Of a DNA stretch of 64,000 bases, positions 48,011 through 60,989 are shown piece after piece. The stretch lies in contig MNCI01002984.1 in NCBI GenBank assembly GCA_015680685.1, positions 378,221 through 442,220 on the forward strand. The letters run 5' to 3'. Positions within the stretch are counted from its first letter, which is position 1; the number at the start of each line of letters is the position of its first letter. The position numbers and the translations under genes are program-made. Source of the stretch: Gnetum montanum (taxonomy: Eukaryota; Plantae; Gnetophyta). The notes beneath the pieces are model-generated. The model was not told the origin of the DNA, did no database searches, and saw only the letters and a list, made by a program, of their open reading frames with translations.

Positions 48011-49313
48011 AAATGGCCAAGAATCATAATGCATGTACTACAAATTAATTAACTATTTATAAAAACTCTAATATATGATTCCCAATATCTCCTTTTTAAG
48101 TGATTTTGTTTTCAACATGGTGGTTAGTTAAACTCATGATGGTGGACCTTGGATAATTTAATGCATGATGTTACTAGGAGTGGTTGGACTTGGTTAGGAA
48201 TTTTAACTAATATGTATGATTGATTATTTAATCATGCTTCATATATGAGATCCATCTTAATGATGATCAAGTAGCTCATGTTCTACTTTTGCAATTCCTT
48301 TCTAATTACATGATTACCTCACTATTATGTTCTAATTATGAATTTGATTATTTTTATCTATTATAATATAGGGTTCCCAAATCAATAGCTGTATACATGT
48401 GTATTGGATCAAAGAAATGTTTCACATTTAATTCCTTGAGTATCTACAAACAGTTAAAGTAATGGTTGTACAAGAGCATTAAGGGTAGGAGCCTATGTTG
48501 GGAAGTAACCACTTGTATAACTCTAATGAATCATGAATAAGGATTAATACCACATCCTCTAGAATATCATAGGTAGCTAATTTACGTTCATGCATTATTA
48601 TTATATTTACTTTTCTTCATATTTATGTTTTATTCTATTATATTTTCAATTTTTATTTCTAAACCTTCTAATTTTGGCTAATATGACCTTGATACAACAT
48701 GGTTTTCATTATTTCTAATCATTTTCTTTATAGGTAGGACTCACTCTCTAATTGGACAAGCCTCAGGAAGCATTGGAACATTTAGGATGCAAGAAAATAA
48801 TGAAATTTTAGTGAAAACAAAAGAAAAATAAGGTTTCGAGGATTCTTAATGCCATAGTTGCAACATCACAGGGACTAACAATGTTATAAATATGATGTCA
48901 CCCATGTAGAATGCTATATATATGTGCCAACCACCCATAGAAATTTTTGTATTTCGTCCAAACAAGAAGGGAATTTTTATCATTTCAAGAGCCCTGAGTC
49001 CTATTAACATGCTTTAAAAGCCCTTAAGCTTTAAATGCTGAGATCTTTGTCATGGGGGATACTAGGAATGAATTTCAAAAATTTTTCTACCACTCATCTT
49101 TAGAGCCCACTAAGATAATTAATAATGATGATGATGAACTAATCAACAATTTAACAAACTAGTTACCTTAGAGCCTAGGAAATGATATTTCATACTCACA
49201 TATCACTAGGAATGTTATAATTTTTGAATATTTGGTCAAATTGAAGGATCAAGAAGGGTCAAAATCATAATGTGAATGATAAAACACCAAGGATGAATCC
49301 TTGGTGATTATAA

Positions 49314-50360
49314 ATGACACCAAAACATATTCTTAAGGTAGGAGGACCCTTAAAACCTTGGGAGAAAAGGCCACATGGATAGTTTGGTAGAGGCAAAGGA
49401 TGAGGATGAGGATGAGAGTAAGATCAATAACAATAGTCCCATATAAAGAAACTAGAGAGAGAGTAAGAGGTTCACCAACCTAACTATAAGGTTAACAATT
49501 ATAGTAGTTTGTACAAGTCAAAGCATTAGCATCACCTACCCTAGTAGCATGCAAACAGATCATCCTTTTTAATGCATGTGTAGAGGCCATGATCAATAAA
49601 TTCCTCATGACTAGTTTAGTCATTAAATTCAATTTTTGGCTCCTTATTAAGTTTGTGCTATAGGAGGTAACAGAGAAACTACAGGCTTCTCTATTTTGGC
49701 CAACTCTTTTAGCCAATAGAGATTGATATCTTGAGAAGATGTATTAGCTCTAGCATAATAAGTAGGAAGATGTCATTTTCAAGATTGAGGGAATCATAGT
49801 GTCTTATGTTATGGATGCCATAGCTGTGGTGTTATAATTACCTAATATGGACATGGAAATTCTTGTGATCTTAACTAGGTGTAATCCTAACACCAAAATT
49901 TTATGGTTAAAAAAAACCTATGGATATAAGAACAAGTAGTATGGAGTGATGAAAATAATAGAGAAAATCTACTTCAAGATAGGAACCTACCACATCTATC
50001 CTACTAAGTACTTGAATAGAATATCAACCTACGTAGTTAAGGGAAGCACCCAAACAACATGGCTTACATCCTTTTCCTGGAGATCCAATAGAGATTCAAG
50101 GAGAAAAAAATTAGCAGGTCCATGCTTCCATTTTCATGTTTCATTAGGAATATTTGTAGATGAGTTAGAATCCTAGGATACATGAATGATATGGTTAAGA
50201 GAGCTCTAAATGCATCATATGTAGAAATGATCAAGACCTTACCAGTAAAGAAAGATTAGGTGGAATAGACTATTGGTATCGAAGTTCCTTAATTTATATC
50301 CATAGTAGAAATGAGTGATGTAAGGCCAAGCACACATGTCCTTGTAGTAGATCCTATAGT
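49314..50360 (+). pseudogene. Degenerate Athila env-like ORF (putative plant transposon protein type)
   Basis: MTPKHILKVGGP start is homologous to MAPKRLLEGGP in D; KLQASLFWPTLL..Y, VIFKIEGIIVSYVMDAIAVVL*LPN and YHIYPTKYLNRIS fit the pattern of Athila 3' ORFs; end approximate. Confidence 0.55.
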
Positions 50361-51159
50361 CTAATATTTTGCAATTATAGTTTTTTAGAGTAGAATTTTT
50401 TGTTGGTTTTATGTGATTGAAGTTTTCTTTAATAAAATATAGGAAATTTTTAGATTGATGGGTAGTTGTAATATTATTTTAATTCTAATTCATATATATA
50501 TAATTTTAGGGTTATTTTATCATTTGGGATATATTGTATTATTTTTAGTAAACTTTACCCCACTTTTTCATATATATATCCAAGGCATCTCTTGAAAATT
50601 CATATCATGCAATCATTAGCATAATTTCAAAAGGAATTTCACTAGTTTATCATCAATTCATCAAAATCATTCATCATAATTTACTCAATCTTAAAAGTTG
50701 AACAATCACAATTAGAAATATTTACTATTTTGATCATATCCTAGTGATTTCACAATTATTTTTAATGTATCTAGATTTATTTAAAATCATTAATATATGG
50801 CTATGTGTAGCTAAAATATCAACTAAATATCTATTGCGATTTTAAAGAAATTAGCTTTGCAATTTGGTAGATTTTATGAGTCCTAGAATTTTACCAAAAT
50901 GAATGATATTAAATGATTAAATCATTTCTCCCTCATCTCATAACAATTTGATGTGATCTTAAATTTATTTAAATGCTAATATCTATGGAAATATTTTGTT
51001 AAACTCTTAGCATTAAACACTATTAAACCCAAAAATCTATTTAGTTTTTAAATAAGAATCCTTATAAAATTCATACATTTCAATCAATGTCATTTTATAT
51101 TACATATTGTTAATTATTTGATTAATTTTTAATTACTATGTATTTTAGTTTATTTTAGT

Positions 51160-51262
51160 TTAATTAATATAATATATTATATAAAGACATTATATATATA
51201 TTACATAAACACTATATATATTTATATATATATGTATAAATTATATAAATAATATAGATATT
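51160..51262. repeat. Degenerate (AT)n low-complexity tract
   Basis: Several runs of tatatata. Confidence 0.7.
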
Positions 51263-52279
51263 AGAATTAGGGCAACGACCACTTCTAATTAATACTCTCC
51301 CTCACATCCGCCATATCAGCTTGGCATGAAGAAGCACTTGCGCCTATGCATGTTCTCATTGTTGTTTGTGTTGTTTTTGTTTGTGGTAGGGTCAACCAAT
51401 AGAAGCAATGTAGTTTATCAAGGCATGAGGCTTAGCATGGGGGAGCTATTGTAGAGTCAAGTGGATTACTTGTTGGGCTTCCATGTGATTTCAACCATAG
51501 TACTTGCAATGGGAAGAATGAGCTTTGCTATGGTTGAGGTCGTGGTTATTTAGATGAGTTAGAAAGCACATGCATAATTGGAGACAACAATTCAAGAAGG
51601 TGGTTAAATTTTTCAGCAATGCAAAATAGGTATTAAGTGGCAAAATAGATTATCGCCATGTTTATCTTGACTTCTAAAATCTTGAAGTCAATATCATGAG
51701 AGATTATGAAAGGTAAAGTTCAAATAGAATTTACCTAGTACCAAATGGGTTGAAAATCATGCATCACCATAAAATGGAAGGTTTGCATAAAGTTCTTTGC
51801 TTTGGTTTGCTATGTCCATCCATACACAAGGGTAGAGACATTGCAAAGTGAATGGAATGCTTAAGAAACTTACATTAGTGCTTAGAGGAACAAGTGAATG
51901 TTTGAAAAAAAAATAGGAAGAAAGGAAGAGCTTGATGTGGTATGATTTTGTTACCGAGAAAATAGATGGAGAGATGGCTGTCACTATGATGATTGATGGG
52001 CTTGCAAAAGTAAGTCTAGCCATAGGGAGATGCTCAAACACCACAAAATTTTGCATGTTATAACCAATCTTCATCATGTAGCTTTCACCCCATGAAACCC
52101 GAGGCAAAATTTCATTGTAAATGTGAAAATTGTAATCCACAATGGGCAATTTTCATATACTTTATACTTTTGAGGCTGAAAAATGCCTCATAAGTTGTTA
52201 AAGCCTCATTCCCTAGGTGAAAAAAGTCATCTAGTATCTATATTTGGACTAGGGGGAGTCAAAATGCCTTTTGGAATGC

Positions 52280-52326
52280 NNNNNNNNNNNNNNNNNNNNN
52301 NNNNNNNNNNNNNNNNNNNNNNNNNN
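52280..52326. other. Assembly gap (47 N)
   Basis: Run of N; true length unknown. Confidence 1.
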
Positions 52327-54050
52327 GGGGGTGGGGTTATGCATTTTTCTATGCTGGGAATACTTGTACGGGGTAGATCTCACCTACCCCCATCATGGAA
52401 GGATGGGGGCTTTGGAAACTTTTTCCCTTCAATGTGAAGACCGAATGCACAACTTGGAAACCTTCCTCCGGCTTGGAAAGTCCTCCCTCAATGCCCCCCT
52501 GTTTCCCCCTAATGTGAAACTTTCCCCCAGCCTAGAAAGTTTTCCCCCTAGCATGGAAAGTTTAATCCCCTAGCATGAAAGCCACAAGAAGCAAAATTCA
52601 TGAATTCATGCACTTCAACATTGACCAGCCACTTCAACAAGCAAGATGGAGACCTCAGTGTGGAAGACTCATCTCCAGCATGGAAGGTGTGGCCTGGTCA
52701 CTATTTATAGTAAATGGAATAAACATGGAGGAAGCACTTACTATGTATAGTAACCTCTCCAAATTTGGGCACCCATCTCACCTAAATTTATAGCAAATTT
52801 GTAGCCAATTTGTAGCAAATTTGCAACCAATTTCAACCGAATTTGTAGTCATTTCATTGCCAAATTGTAGCCCCATTCATGGCCCAAAGATCCTATAAAA
52901 GCTAGCCTCCAACACCATGTACATGTTTAGAAAATTTTGGGGCATACAAGCAATTTTTGACAAGGTTCCAATCATTTTCTCATAGTTTAGCAACTTTTGG
53001 GCATATAAGCAATTTTTGGTTTTAGAATTTTGAACAATTTTTCTCACAGTTTAGCATTTTTGACAAGATTCAACACTTACAAGCATTCTCAAGCAATTTG
53101 CATACACACAATTCCACACTTGGGGCATTTTCAAGAACTCAAGAGCTCTTGCAAGTTCCCATACTTGCATTTTCTTAAACCCCAATGTGGAAGTAGTGTG
53201 GCCTTGAGATTTGGTGAATTTTTGATGTTAACATTGCACTTCTAGGATTCCAAACCCAGCATGGAGCAACTTGCCATCCAAGATTTCCACCTTTCTCATG
53301 CCCCTAGTAATGACCCAATTGGTCAATCCAAGGTTGCAATAATAAAGGAAGGTTTGATAACATCAAGAGTGGCTTAGCATCCAAATCATGGAGCACATCA
53401 CATTGGCTTCAATGGGCTTTGAACTCTTTCTTAAGTGGATCCCCTTTTTTGCTCATCTAGGCACCATTTGTACACATTTCTCTAACTTATTCTTTATTCT
53501 TTCTTAATAAATTTTTAAGTTTTGAGTTTTGTGTTCAAAATAAATTTATTATTTGTGCATTATTTGGATATATTTATATTTCCACATTTAGCATCTCCTA
53601 AGTCCCTAGTTGATCTATAGGATTGGCCAAGGCACCTTGAATCCCATTTTTATTGTGGAGGCTTTAGGGATTCGAGGTTGGGGAACTGCTTGCACTAAAG
53701 ATCCTTGGTTTTTGTTCAACAATTGAGGTTTTTGGTTGCAATAGTTTTTCTTGATGCTAGAAGGAGGGCCTTTGCCTAAATTCTATGGCCAAATCTACTC
53801 TTTTTGTTATCATTTTACAAGCTTTTTCTTGATTTTTATAGCCAAAACCTTTGAAAAATCAATGCTATTCTTTCCCCCCTTGTGACAAAAACTACAACAT
53901 GGAAGTTGTAGGTGGTTGGGATTTGGCTTTTCATAGCACTTGTTATGAATTTTATAGTCCAAAGCCAATGTTGATATCTCTTTCCCCCTATTTTTTTTAT
54001 TATCAAAACAATTTTCTCTAGTTTCTAAAGTGGGTGGTTCAACTCATCTG
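52327..54050 (+). mobile_element. LTR-like non-coding repeat (family F) with a CCCAGCATGGAAA-type motif array
   Basis: About seven direct repeats at ~21-bp spacing (52445-52580); cctataaaa near 52892; same motif as the array at 60990-63460; termini not defined. Confidence 0.5.
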
Positions 54051-54074
54051 TGAGTTGTCTTTCCCTCTACTTTT

Positions 54075-57000
54075 CCAAGCTGAAGTATACCAAGCACCGT
54101 ATCCAAGGAGGGATGTCACCTATTATCCTCATGCACCTCATGTCCCTACACCTACTCCTCCATCTCTTGCATAGCTACCACATGCTCCATCCATGCAAGG
54201 TGAATTACTTGCCCAACTAGAGCAATGAAACACTATAAGGACAGTTAATCTACAACTGGTTAATCCACCAAGCAATAAAACCATGAACAGAGAAAAGACC
54301 TTTCTTCTGACCTCATAGTCCACCAAAGCCCTCAAACACATCAGTGGTTGGTAACCCTGCTCCTCCACCTTCCTCTGCCACACCTTTATCTGAGTCCCCT
54401 TCCAATCAAAACCCCTCTCGAATCCATACTATAATGCTGACCCATGTTATATCTAATTAGATTCAAGTTGGTAACTTGCCCAAAAAGTTAGTTGATCCCA
54501 GGAGTCCCCTAGTATATTTGTAAATTACTAGGAATGAGCCTTGTAAAGCTCTTCTTGACTCTGGTTCTAGTGTTAATATGATCTCACATGAGATGTACAT
54601 AATGTGGAACCTTCCTCCCTTGAAGAAGAGAAACATTTAGCTAAAATTGGTAGACCAGTCCATCACTATTCCATTGGGACTGGTAGAAGACATCATAACC
54701 ACCATTTGTAGGTGGTCATATCCCATCAACTTCCTAGTAATCAAGGTGGAGAAATATAAGGGGGACTTCCCAATTATTATGGGAAGGACATGGTTAAGCA
54801 TCGTTGATGCCAAAATGGGTATTAAAGATCTTTCCTTGGAGATATCTAAGGAAAATGAATTTGGAAAGATCAAGAAGAAGAGGATTCCATGTATTACGTA
54901 CAATGATTTAGGGTGCCATTGTGTGCAGAAGTTGTGGTGAGTAAACCAAACATCTATCTTTGCATGCAAGCAGTGTGCACCAGAAGTTGAAATACAAATA
55001 TGTTTATACATAGCATCCACAAAACAAGAAGGCACCTAGTGGTTGACAGTTGATTCTTACAGTAGTATATTATGCATGGAACCTACTAAGGGCCTAACAT
55101 ATTAATATGTTGCAAGTATGGATGAACTTGAGCAAGTTCATCACCAGCTCTCCGGAGGAGTAAATGATGATGTCAATTAGGAAGAGTTGCAAATTCCTGA
55201 CAATTTTAAATAAGAGCCCCTTGAATTGAAGACACTATCAATTGGAATCGAGTATGTGTTCTTGAAAAATGGAAGGCTAGTCATTATTAATGCCAAGCTT
55301 GCTACAGAACAAAAGAAAATGTTGATGAGGGTTGTCAAAAAATGATTAGCCATCTTTGCTTGATCATATTTTGAGCTTATTGGTATAGATCCAAAAATAT
55401 GCTAGCACTGGATATACACTGACCTTACTGTTAAGCTGAAATGATAGCTGTAGCGATGTTTAAATCCCAAATTAAAGCAGATTATCAAAGAGGATATTGA
55501 ACAACTCTTCAAGGCAAAATTCATCTACCCTATTGCAGATAGTAAGTGGATCAGTCCACTCATGATCGTGCCCAAGAAAGGAGGCAAATGACAGGTGTGC
55601 ATCAACTTTCAATTGCTCAACATGGTAACTTTCAAAGATCATTTTTCATTGCCTTTTATCAACCAAGTGCTAGACACCATTTCTAGGCACTGCTATTACA
55701 ACTTTTTGAATGGTTATAGTGGTTATAACCAAATCCGGATTGCACTAGAGGACTAGGCAAAGATAACTTTCACAAGTCCTTGGGGGACATTTGCTTACCA
55801 TCAAATGCCATTCAGTCTATGCAATTCCCTAGCCACAATTCAACAGTTAGTCCTTAGCATTTTCAAACAACAAATTCGTAGTAGGGTAGAAGTCTTCAAG
55901 GATGATGTTTTTACCGATGGAGCTACATTCGAACAAGCCTTGGATCATCTTGAGCAAGTGTTGAAGAGATGTGTCGAAACAAACCTTTGGCTCAATTGGC
56001 AAAAGAGCCATCTTATGGTCCAGGACAGCATAGTCTTGGGGCACTATATCTCAAAAGCAAGAATCAAGGTGGACCCTAAAAAATAAGGATCATCCAAAGA
56101 ATAACCTGTCAAACTGAAATAGTTAAATAAGTGCGGTCATTCCTTGGTCATACTGGTTACTACCAATGCTTCATCAAGAATGTTTTCAAAATCACCAAGC
56201 TGTTGGTGGAATTCACAAAGAAGGATGCATTATTCATCTAGACCCCTATATGTGAAATAGCATTTCAGCAACTGAAGTAGAAACTTGTTGAAACCCCAAT
56301 TCTACAAGCACCTACTTGGTCCAGGCCATTTGATGTGATGACCAATGCATCAAATTATGCTTTAGGGGTAGTGCTTACGCATATGGATGATCAAAAACAT
56401 CTATATTAAATTCACTATGCTGAAGCATTGTAGGGGCACAACTAAACTACACCACCACAAAAAAGGAGTTGATGGCAGTGGTGTTCACCTTAGAGAAGTT
56501 TAGGCACTATGTGCCTAGCTATAAAGTGTTCGTGCACACTAATCATAGCATCATCCAATTTCTAATGAATGAACCAATGGTGAGCCCCTGTATCATATGA
56601 TGGCTCATGATTTTGCAAGAGTTTGATCTCATAATGGTAGATCAAAAAGGCATGGAGAATGTGGTTGCGGCTCACTTATTGTGACTAAGATGGGATGACA
56701 AAGAGAAAGAAAGTTTCTTATCTGATTAGTTCCTTAACAAATCTCTCCTTATAGGGGTTATTAATGCACAAATTCCTGATGAACCAAAATGGTATGACAC
56801 CATCCTCACTTATCTACTCAAGTAAGAACTACTGCAAGAGCTGGACACCAGAAAGAAACAACAATTTCTTCACTAGGTCAGGCACTTCATGGAAATTAAC
56901 GGGAACCATTACAAAGTTTGTTTTGATGGCCTAGTACATTGGTGTGTCCCTAATACAGATCAACTGCATATTCTCCAAGATGCTCATGAAGGCCCTTATG

Positions 57001-58073
57001 GGGGCCATTATGCTAGGAGATGTACAACCATAAAAATCCTCATGGTAAGATATTATTGGCCAACAATCTTCAGGGATGCATACTAATTTGTCTACGCTTG
57101 TGATCATTGCCAGAGGGATGGTGGAATGACAACTAAAATGGAAGGGCCACAATAATGGATTCAACCTCTTGAGCCATTTGATATTTGGGGCATTGACTTT
57201 ATGGATCCCATTGCACCTTTATTAAATGAAAAGGCATATATAATAGTTGCAATTGACTATTACACCAAGTGGGCAGAAGCAGTAGTCGTCACCGACTGTA
57301 CATCCACCATTGTTGCTCAGTTTGTACAAAAAAATATCATAAATAGGTTTGATGTACCTTGTGCATTAATTTTTAATAATGGAGCTCATTTTACAGGTGC
57401 CACTTTTCAAAAACTTATGCAGCATTTGGGGCTTAAGCACAAACTCACAACACCATATCACCCCCAAGCCAATGGTTAAGCTGAGGTCACTAATCAGGAG
57501 ATTATGAAAATTCTAACACATACCATTAGTAAATATTGAAGGGAATGGAGCACCAAATTAAATGATACCCTTTGGGCCTATTACTCCACATGGAAACTTT
57601 CCATAGGTTATTCTCTTTATGAGCTTGTGTATGGAAAACTACCAACACTACCCATCGAGTTTGAGCTTCGTACACTCTCTACGGCTTGTGACCTTGACCT
57701 GAATCTAAGTCTAGCATAGAAAGAATGATTAATGAACCTCAACTTGCTAGATGAAAATTGGTTAATAGCCCTATCATCCAGTAAAATATATAAAGAATTC
57801 AACAAGAAATGCCATGACCTCAAAATAAGAAAAGTCACGTTTCAACTAGGAGACAAGGTTCTCTATTGGAATCCTACACATGTACCCCAACCAACCCAAT
57901 TTTAAACATTGTGGGAAGGATCTTACATCATTGATGAGAATTTTCCATTTGGAGTCATGATTATCTATAAACCTGAAAGCTCAAACAAGAAATAATTAGT
58001 CAACATACAACAAGTGAAACCTTTCCATGAGCCCAAGTCAACCAACTCAACAATCACCTCAACAGATGGATAA
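54075..58073 (+). pseudogene. Element E pol pseudogene (PR ~54540, RT ~55360-56090, RH ~56320-56690, INT ~56930-58073)
   Basis: ALLDSGSSVNMI; WISPLMIVPKKGG; FLNGYSGYNQI; MPFSLCN; VFKDDVF; NYTTTKKELMAVV; DAHEGPYGGHY..CDHCQ; WGIDFM; IDYYTKWAEA; TPYHPQANG; many premature stops. Confidence 0.93.
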
Positions 58074-60110
58074 CCATGCTCAATCTTTTAGATCTCCCTC
58101 TTCCAACTTAGTCATGGGGGATATGATCACCTATACTAACACTTTATGCTACTCCTTAATCTTTTGACTTTTTTTGTTTTACACATTTTTGATTTTACAA
58201 CTTTTTGTTTTTATATTCTTTATTTTACATCTTTTTGTTTTTCAAGATATTGATATTTTCTAATTTTTTATTTTACACTATTGTTAATATATTCAATATT
58301 TATTGCCTACTCTTTTACTTTCTTTTGTATTTTCTTGTGTTTAATGTGTTTCTCTACTCTTTCTGTTAATAACATGTCAGGTACAATGGTAATGTGCTAC
58401 TTGAGTGTGGTATGTTTCATTTGTAATTTGATTATTGATGTCTAGTTTCTGACTTCAAATGTCGTTACTGATGACTGGGACATGGTTTCTTTTCATGTAA
58501 TAGGTCATGAGTCCACATCATCCACCCATCCACATACTCTATGATTTTCCTTGTTTTGGAAATGTGCAATCCCTTCTTCATTAATGCAAATTTAATAAAT
58601 TGGTGACTTGTGTAGTTTCCAAAATTAGGAAGGAATCAAAGGTTTGGATAGGGTGTGGCTTCAAAGGGATGTGGTATTCTTCATGCTTTTTTGTTTTCCT
58701 ATGTGCGGGAGTGTTCTCGTGAGCTTCTCACCATTTTGTGTTATTCCACAACAAATAGTCAAATAAGTCCTTGTATGGTGTGGTCCTCATAAAAAAAAAG
58801 AGAGATGAGGATTCAAAGCACACCCCTTGGACAAAATAAATGCAAAAACACATGGGTCTTTGCATGGTGTGGTTCCCATTTAAAAAAACATGGAAATTCA
58901 AAGCACACCCCTTAGACCAAATAAAAGGGCTACAGGAACTAGTTATGGAATTTTTCTTGTCTCCTCTAACTAGGGCCCTTTCTCACTTCCTACTTTCTCT
59001 CCAATTTGGAATGGTGGTTATTTTGTGGAAGCATTCTTGTGTCTCAGGGGATGGACTAATCTTAGAATGTTGATGCGAAGTCACTGAAAGTGGTTGGTTT
59101 TGGTATGGACTGAGGATGGATCCTACTAAGTCATTTAATCACAAAATCCACAAGGGACTTCATGTGACCATAATTAGAAACTCCATTCCATTCTCTCTAT
59201 CATCCATTTATGCTTTTCATGCCTCACCTCACTATTGATTTCATGTCTTGATTCAATGTTTTGGTTTGATGTGTCGGGTTTTTTAGTCAGTTAATTTTGG
59301 GTTTTTGTACTTAACTTTCCATAACCATTAATCATCCATGGATCCCATGGACTCCTTGGTTTGAAGTTATGTAAGGGCATAAAAGGCCTATGCCTACTTT
59401 TGGGAGGACCCACTTGCATATCTTTTGGTTTGGTTAAGTTAAGTTCTTTACCCTTAGACATTGTTACAATCAAATTCTTTTTATTTATCCCATCCATGCC
59501 ATCCAATTGTATGCATCTTCACAACTATTTTTAGTGAAATTATTCTTTTTATTATTGTGAATTTTTATACCCTCTTTCTAGTATTCCTTGTGTTAAGATT
59601 TTTCTAAATTTTATGGACTGCTTCTCTTACTTAACCAAGTCATCAGTCTTTCCACTAACACTATCAAGCAACCAATCTGTCACAAGCACAAGTTGGCTAG
59701 ATAAAATCATTGATGAGAAAAGGCATTCAATTTTTATCTATTACAATTTATATACTAATCCTTGATTTTGTTGTGATTGTAGTGGGGAGCATGGACTGGA
59801 AGCAACACTAGCTTCACCAAGGAGGATGCAACAATATCACTCATGGGAGATTATTCAAGATAGCTGGATCTTTTTTGCCTCTTCCTTATTCTTCTATTGT
59901 CAAGAGGGCTTGGATGTTCATTGGATCTAAGAATATCCAATTTTGTACACAATTGTAATGTTGGATGCTCAAGCACTTTTTGTATTTGTCTATCCTCTTT
60001 GTGTCACTCTGCATGTCAATCGAATAGTCCACATCTCCTAATATATTTTGTAAAGGACTGTTCCTCTTCTTATGTACTTGAGAACAAGTTTTCATTTAGT
60101 CGTGGGGGTA

Positions 60111-60943
60111 TGATAAATCATGTTTTCATAGATTCTAATATCGGAGTGGCCACGATATTTGGTATGCAATATCACATTTGATATCACAAGGTTACTCCCA
60201 GGTCTATAAATACAACCCTCAAGCACATGATTAAGAGTAGTTTTTGGCAATCAAGTAGTGAAACACATACAATTTTTTCATTTGAGAGTTAGAATATCTT
60301 CCAAGTGCTTGCAGTAGGAGATCTAATTGTGATCAGATCTTTATTCAAGCATTAATATACTTGAACACACCATTATGTTGGTAATAAAGATGAGCTATTT
60401 GATTCACCTTACAACACTTGAGACTTTCTTTCTTATGCATTCATATATATTGTGATTTCATTTAGTTTACATTAATGTTATTCATTCAGAAATTAATTTT
60501 GATTCATTAATCAATTGATTAAAATACACAAGCATGACCCCTTTGAACATATGTGTGACACTTGGTAGCTTAGGAACAGCTAGTATTTGACAACCTAGTA
60601 GTGTTTACACAAAGTTCAGGATGTGTTTGGGAAGTGGGAATGGTTACTTTTGTTAGGCTAGATTAGACCATAGTTTACTTAGCACTTAATTGCTCTTACT
60701 TTCATTCTTGTTCTAGATGAGTAAATTGATAAAACTCAAAATAATAAAAATCTTGCACCTCACTCACACTGAACCATACAATTGCATTTCACAAGTGGGA
60801 CTGGGAAGACAATGAATGGACAACACACATGCACTATTTAGCTCTAGCATACTTGGTAATTAAAGTCTATGGAATTTGACCGGATTGCATGTGAATCCCT
60901 ATGATTCATATGGTTGGACATAGGGGTACCTCGTTGCTCATCA
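60111..60943 (+). repeat. 3' LTR of element E (833 bp)
   Basis: tgataaatca...gctcatca after the PPT; ctataaata near 60204. Confidence 0.9.
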
Positions 60944-60989
60944 CCTGGGTTTCCAAAATTGGGAAAAACATGAGCAAGGATAAGTACCA

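Larger units (their letters stand above)
31580..50360 (+). mobile_element. Element C: old, originally autonomous Athila-like element (5' LTR, gag-pol, env-like ORF), with two nested insertions and no recognisable 3' LTR
   Basis: LTR ends cactcatCA at 32451 (start approximate); PBS 32453-32470; gag from 32585; PR ALLDIGS ~36618; RT, RH, INT; env-like ORF from 49314. Confidence 0.85.
54075..60943 (+). mobile_element. Element E: 5'-truncated Athila-like element (end of gag, full pol, 3' region, PPT, 3' LTR)
   Basis: Order PR-RT-RH-INT, no chromodomain; PPT ttagtcgtgggggta 60096-60110; LTR 60111-60943; 3' region closest to element A. Confidence 0.92.

Noticed and set aside
51757-52149. 130-aa minus-strand ORF
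   Set aside because: Non-ATG start, no convincing domain or splice structure; cannot be supported without a search.
52183-52573. ORFs spanning the N run
   Set aside because: Artefacts of translating through an assembly gap.
58468-58495. CTGATGA as a hammerhead ribozyme core (also ~10144, ~30504, ~56777)
   Set aside because: No stem II followed by GAAA or the required flanking helices was seen.
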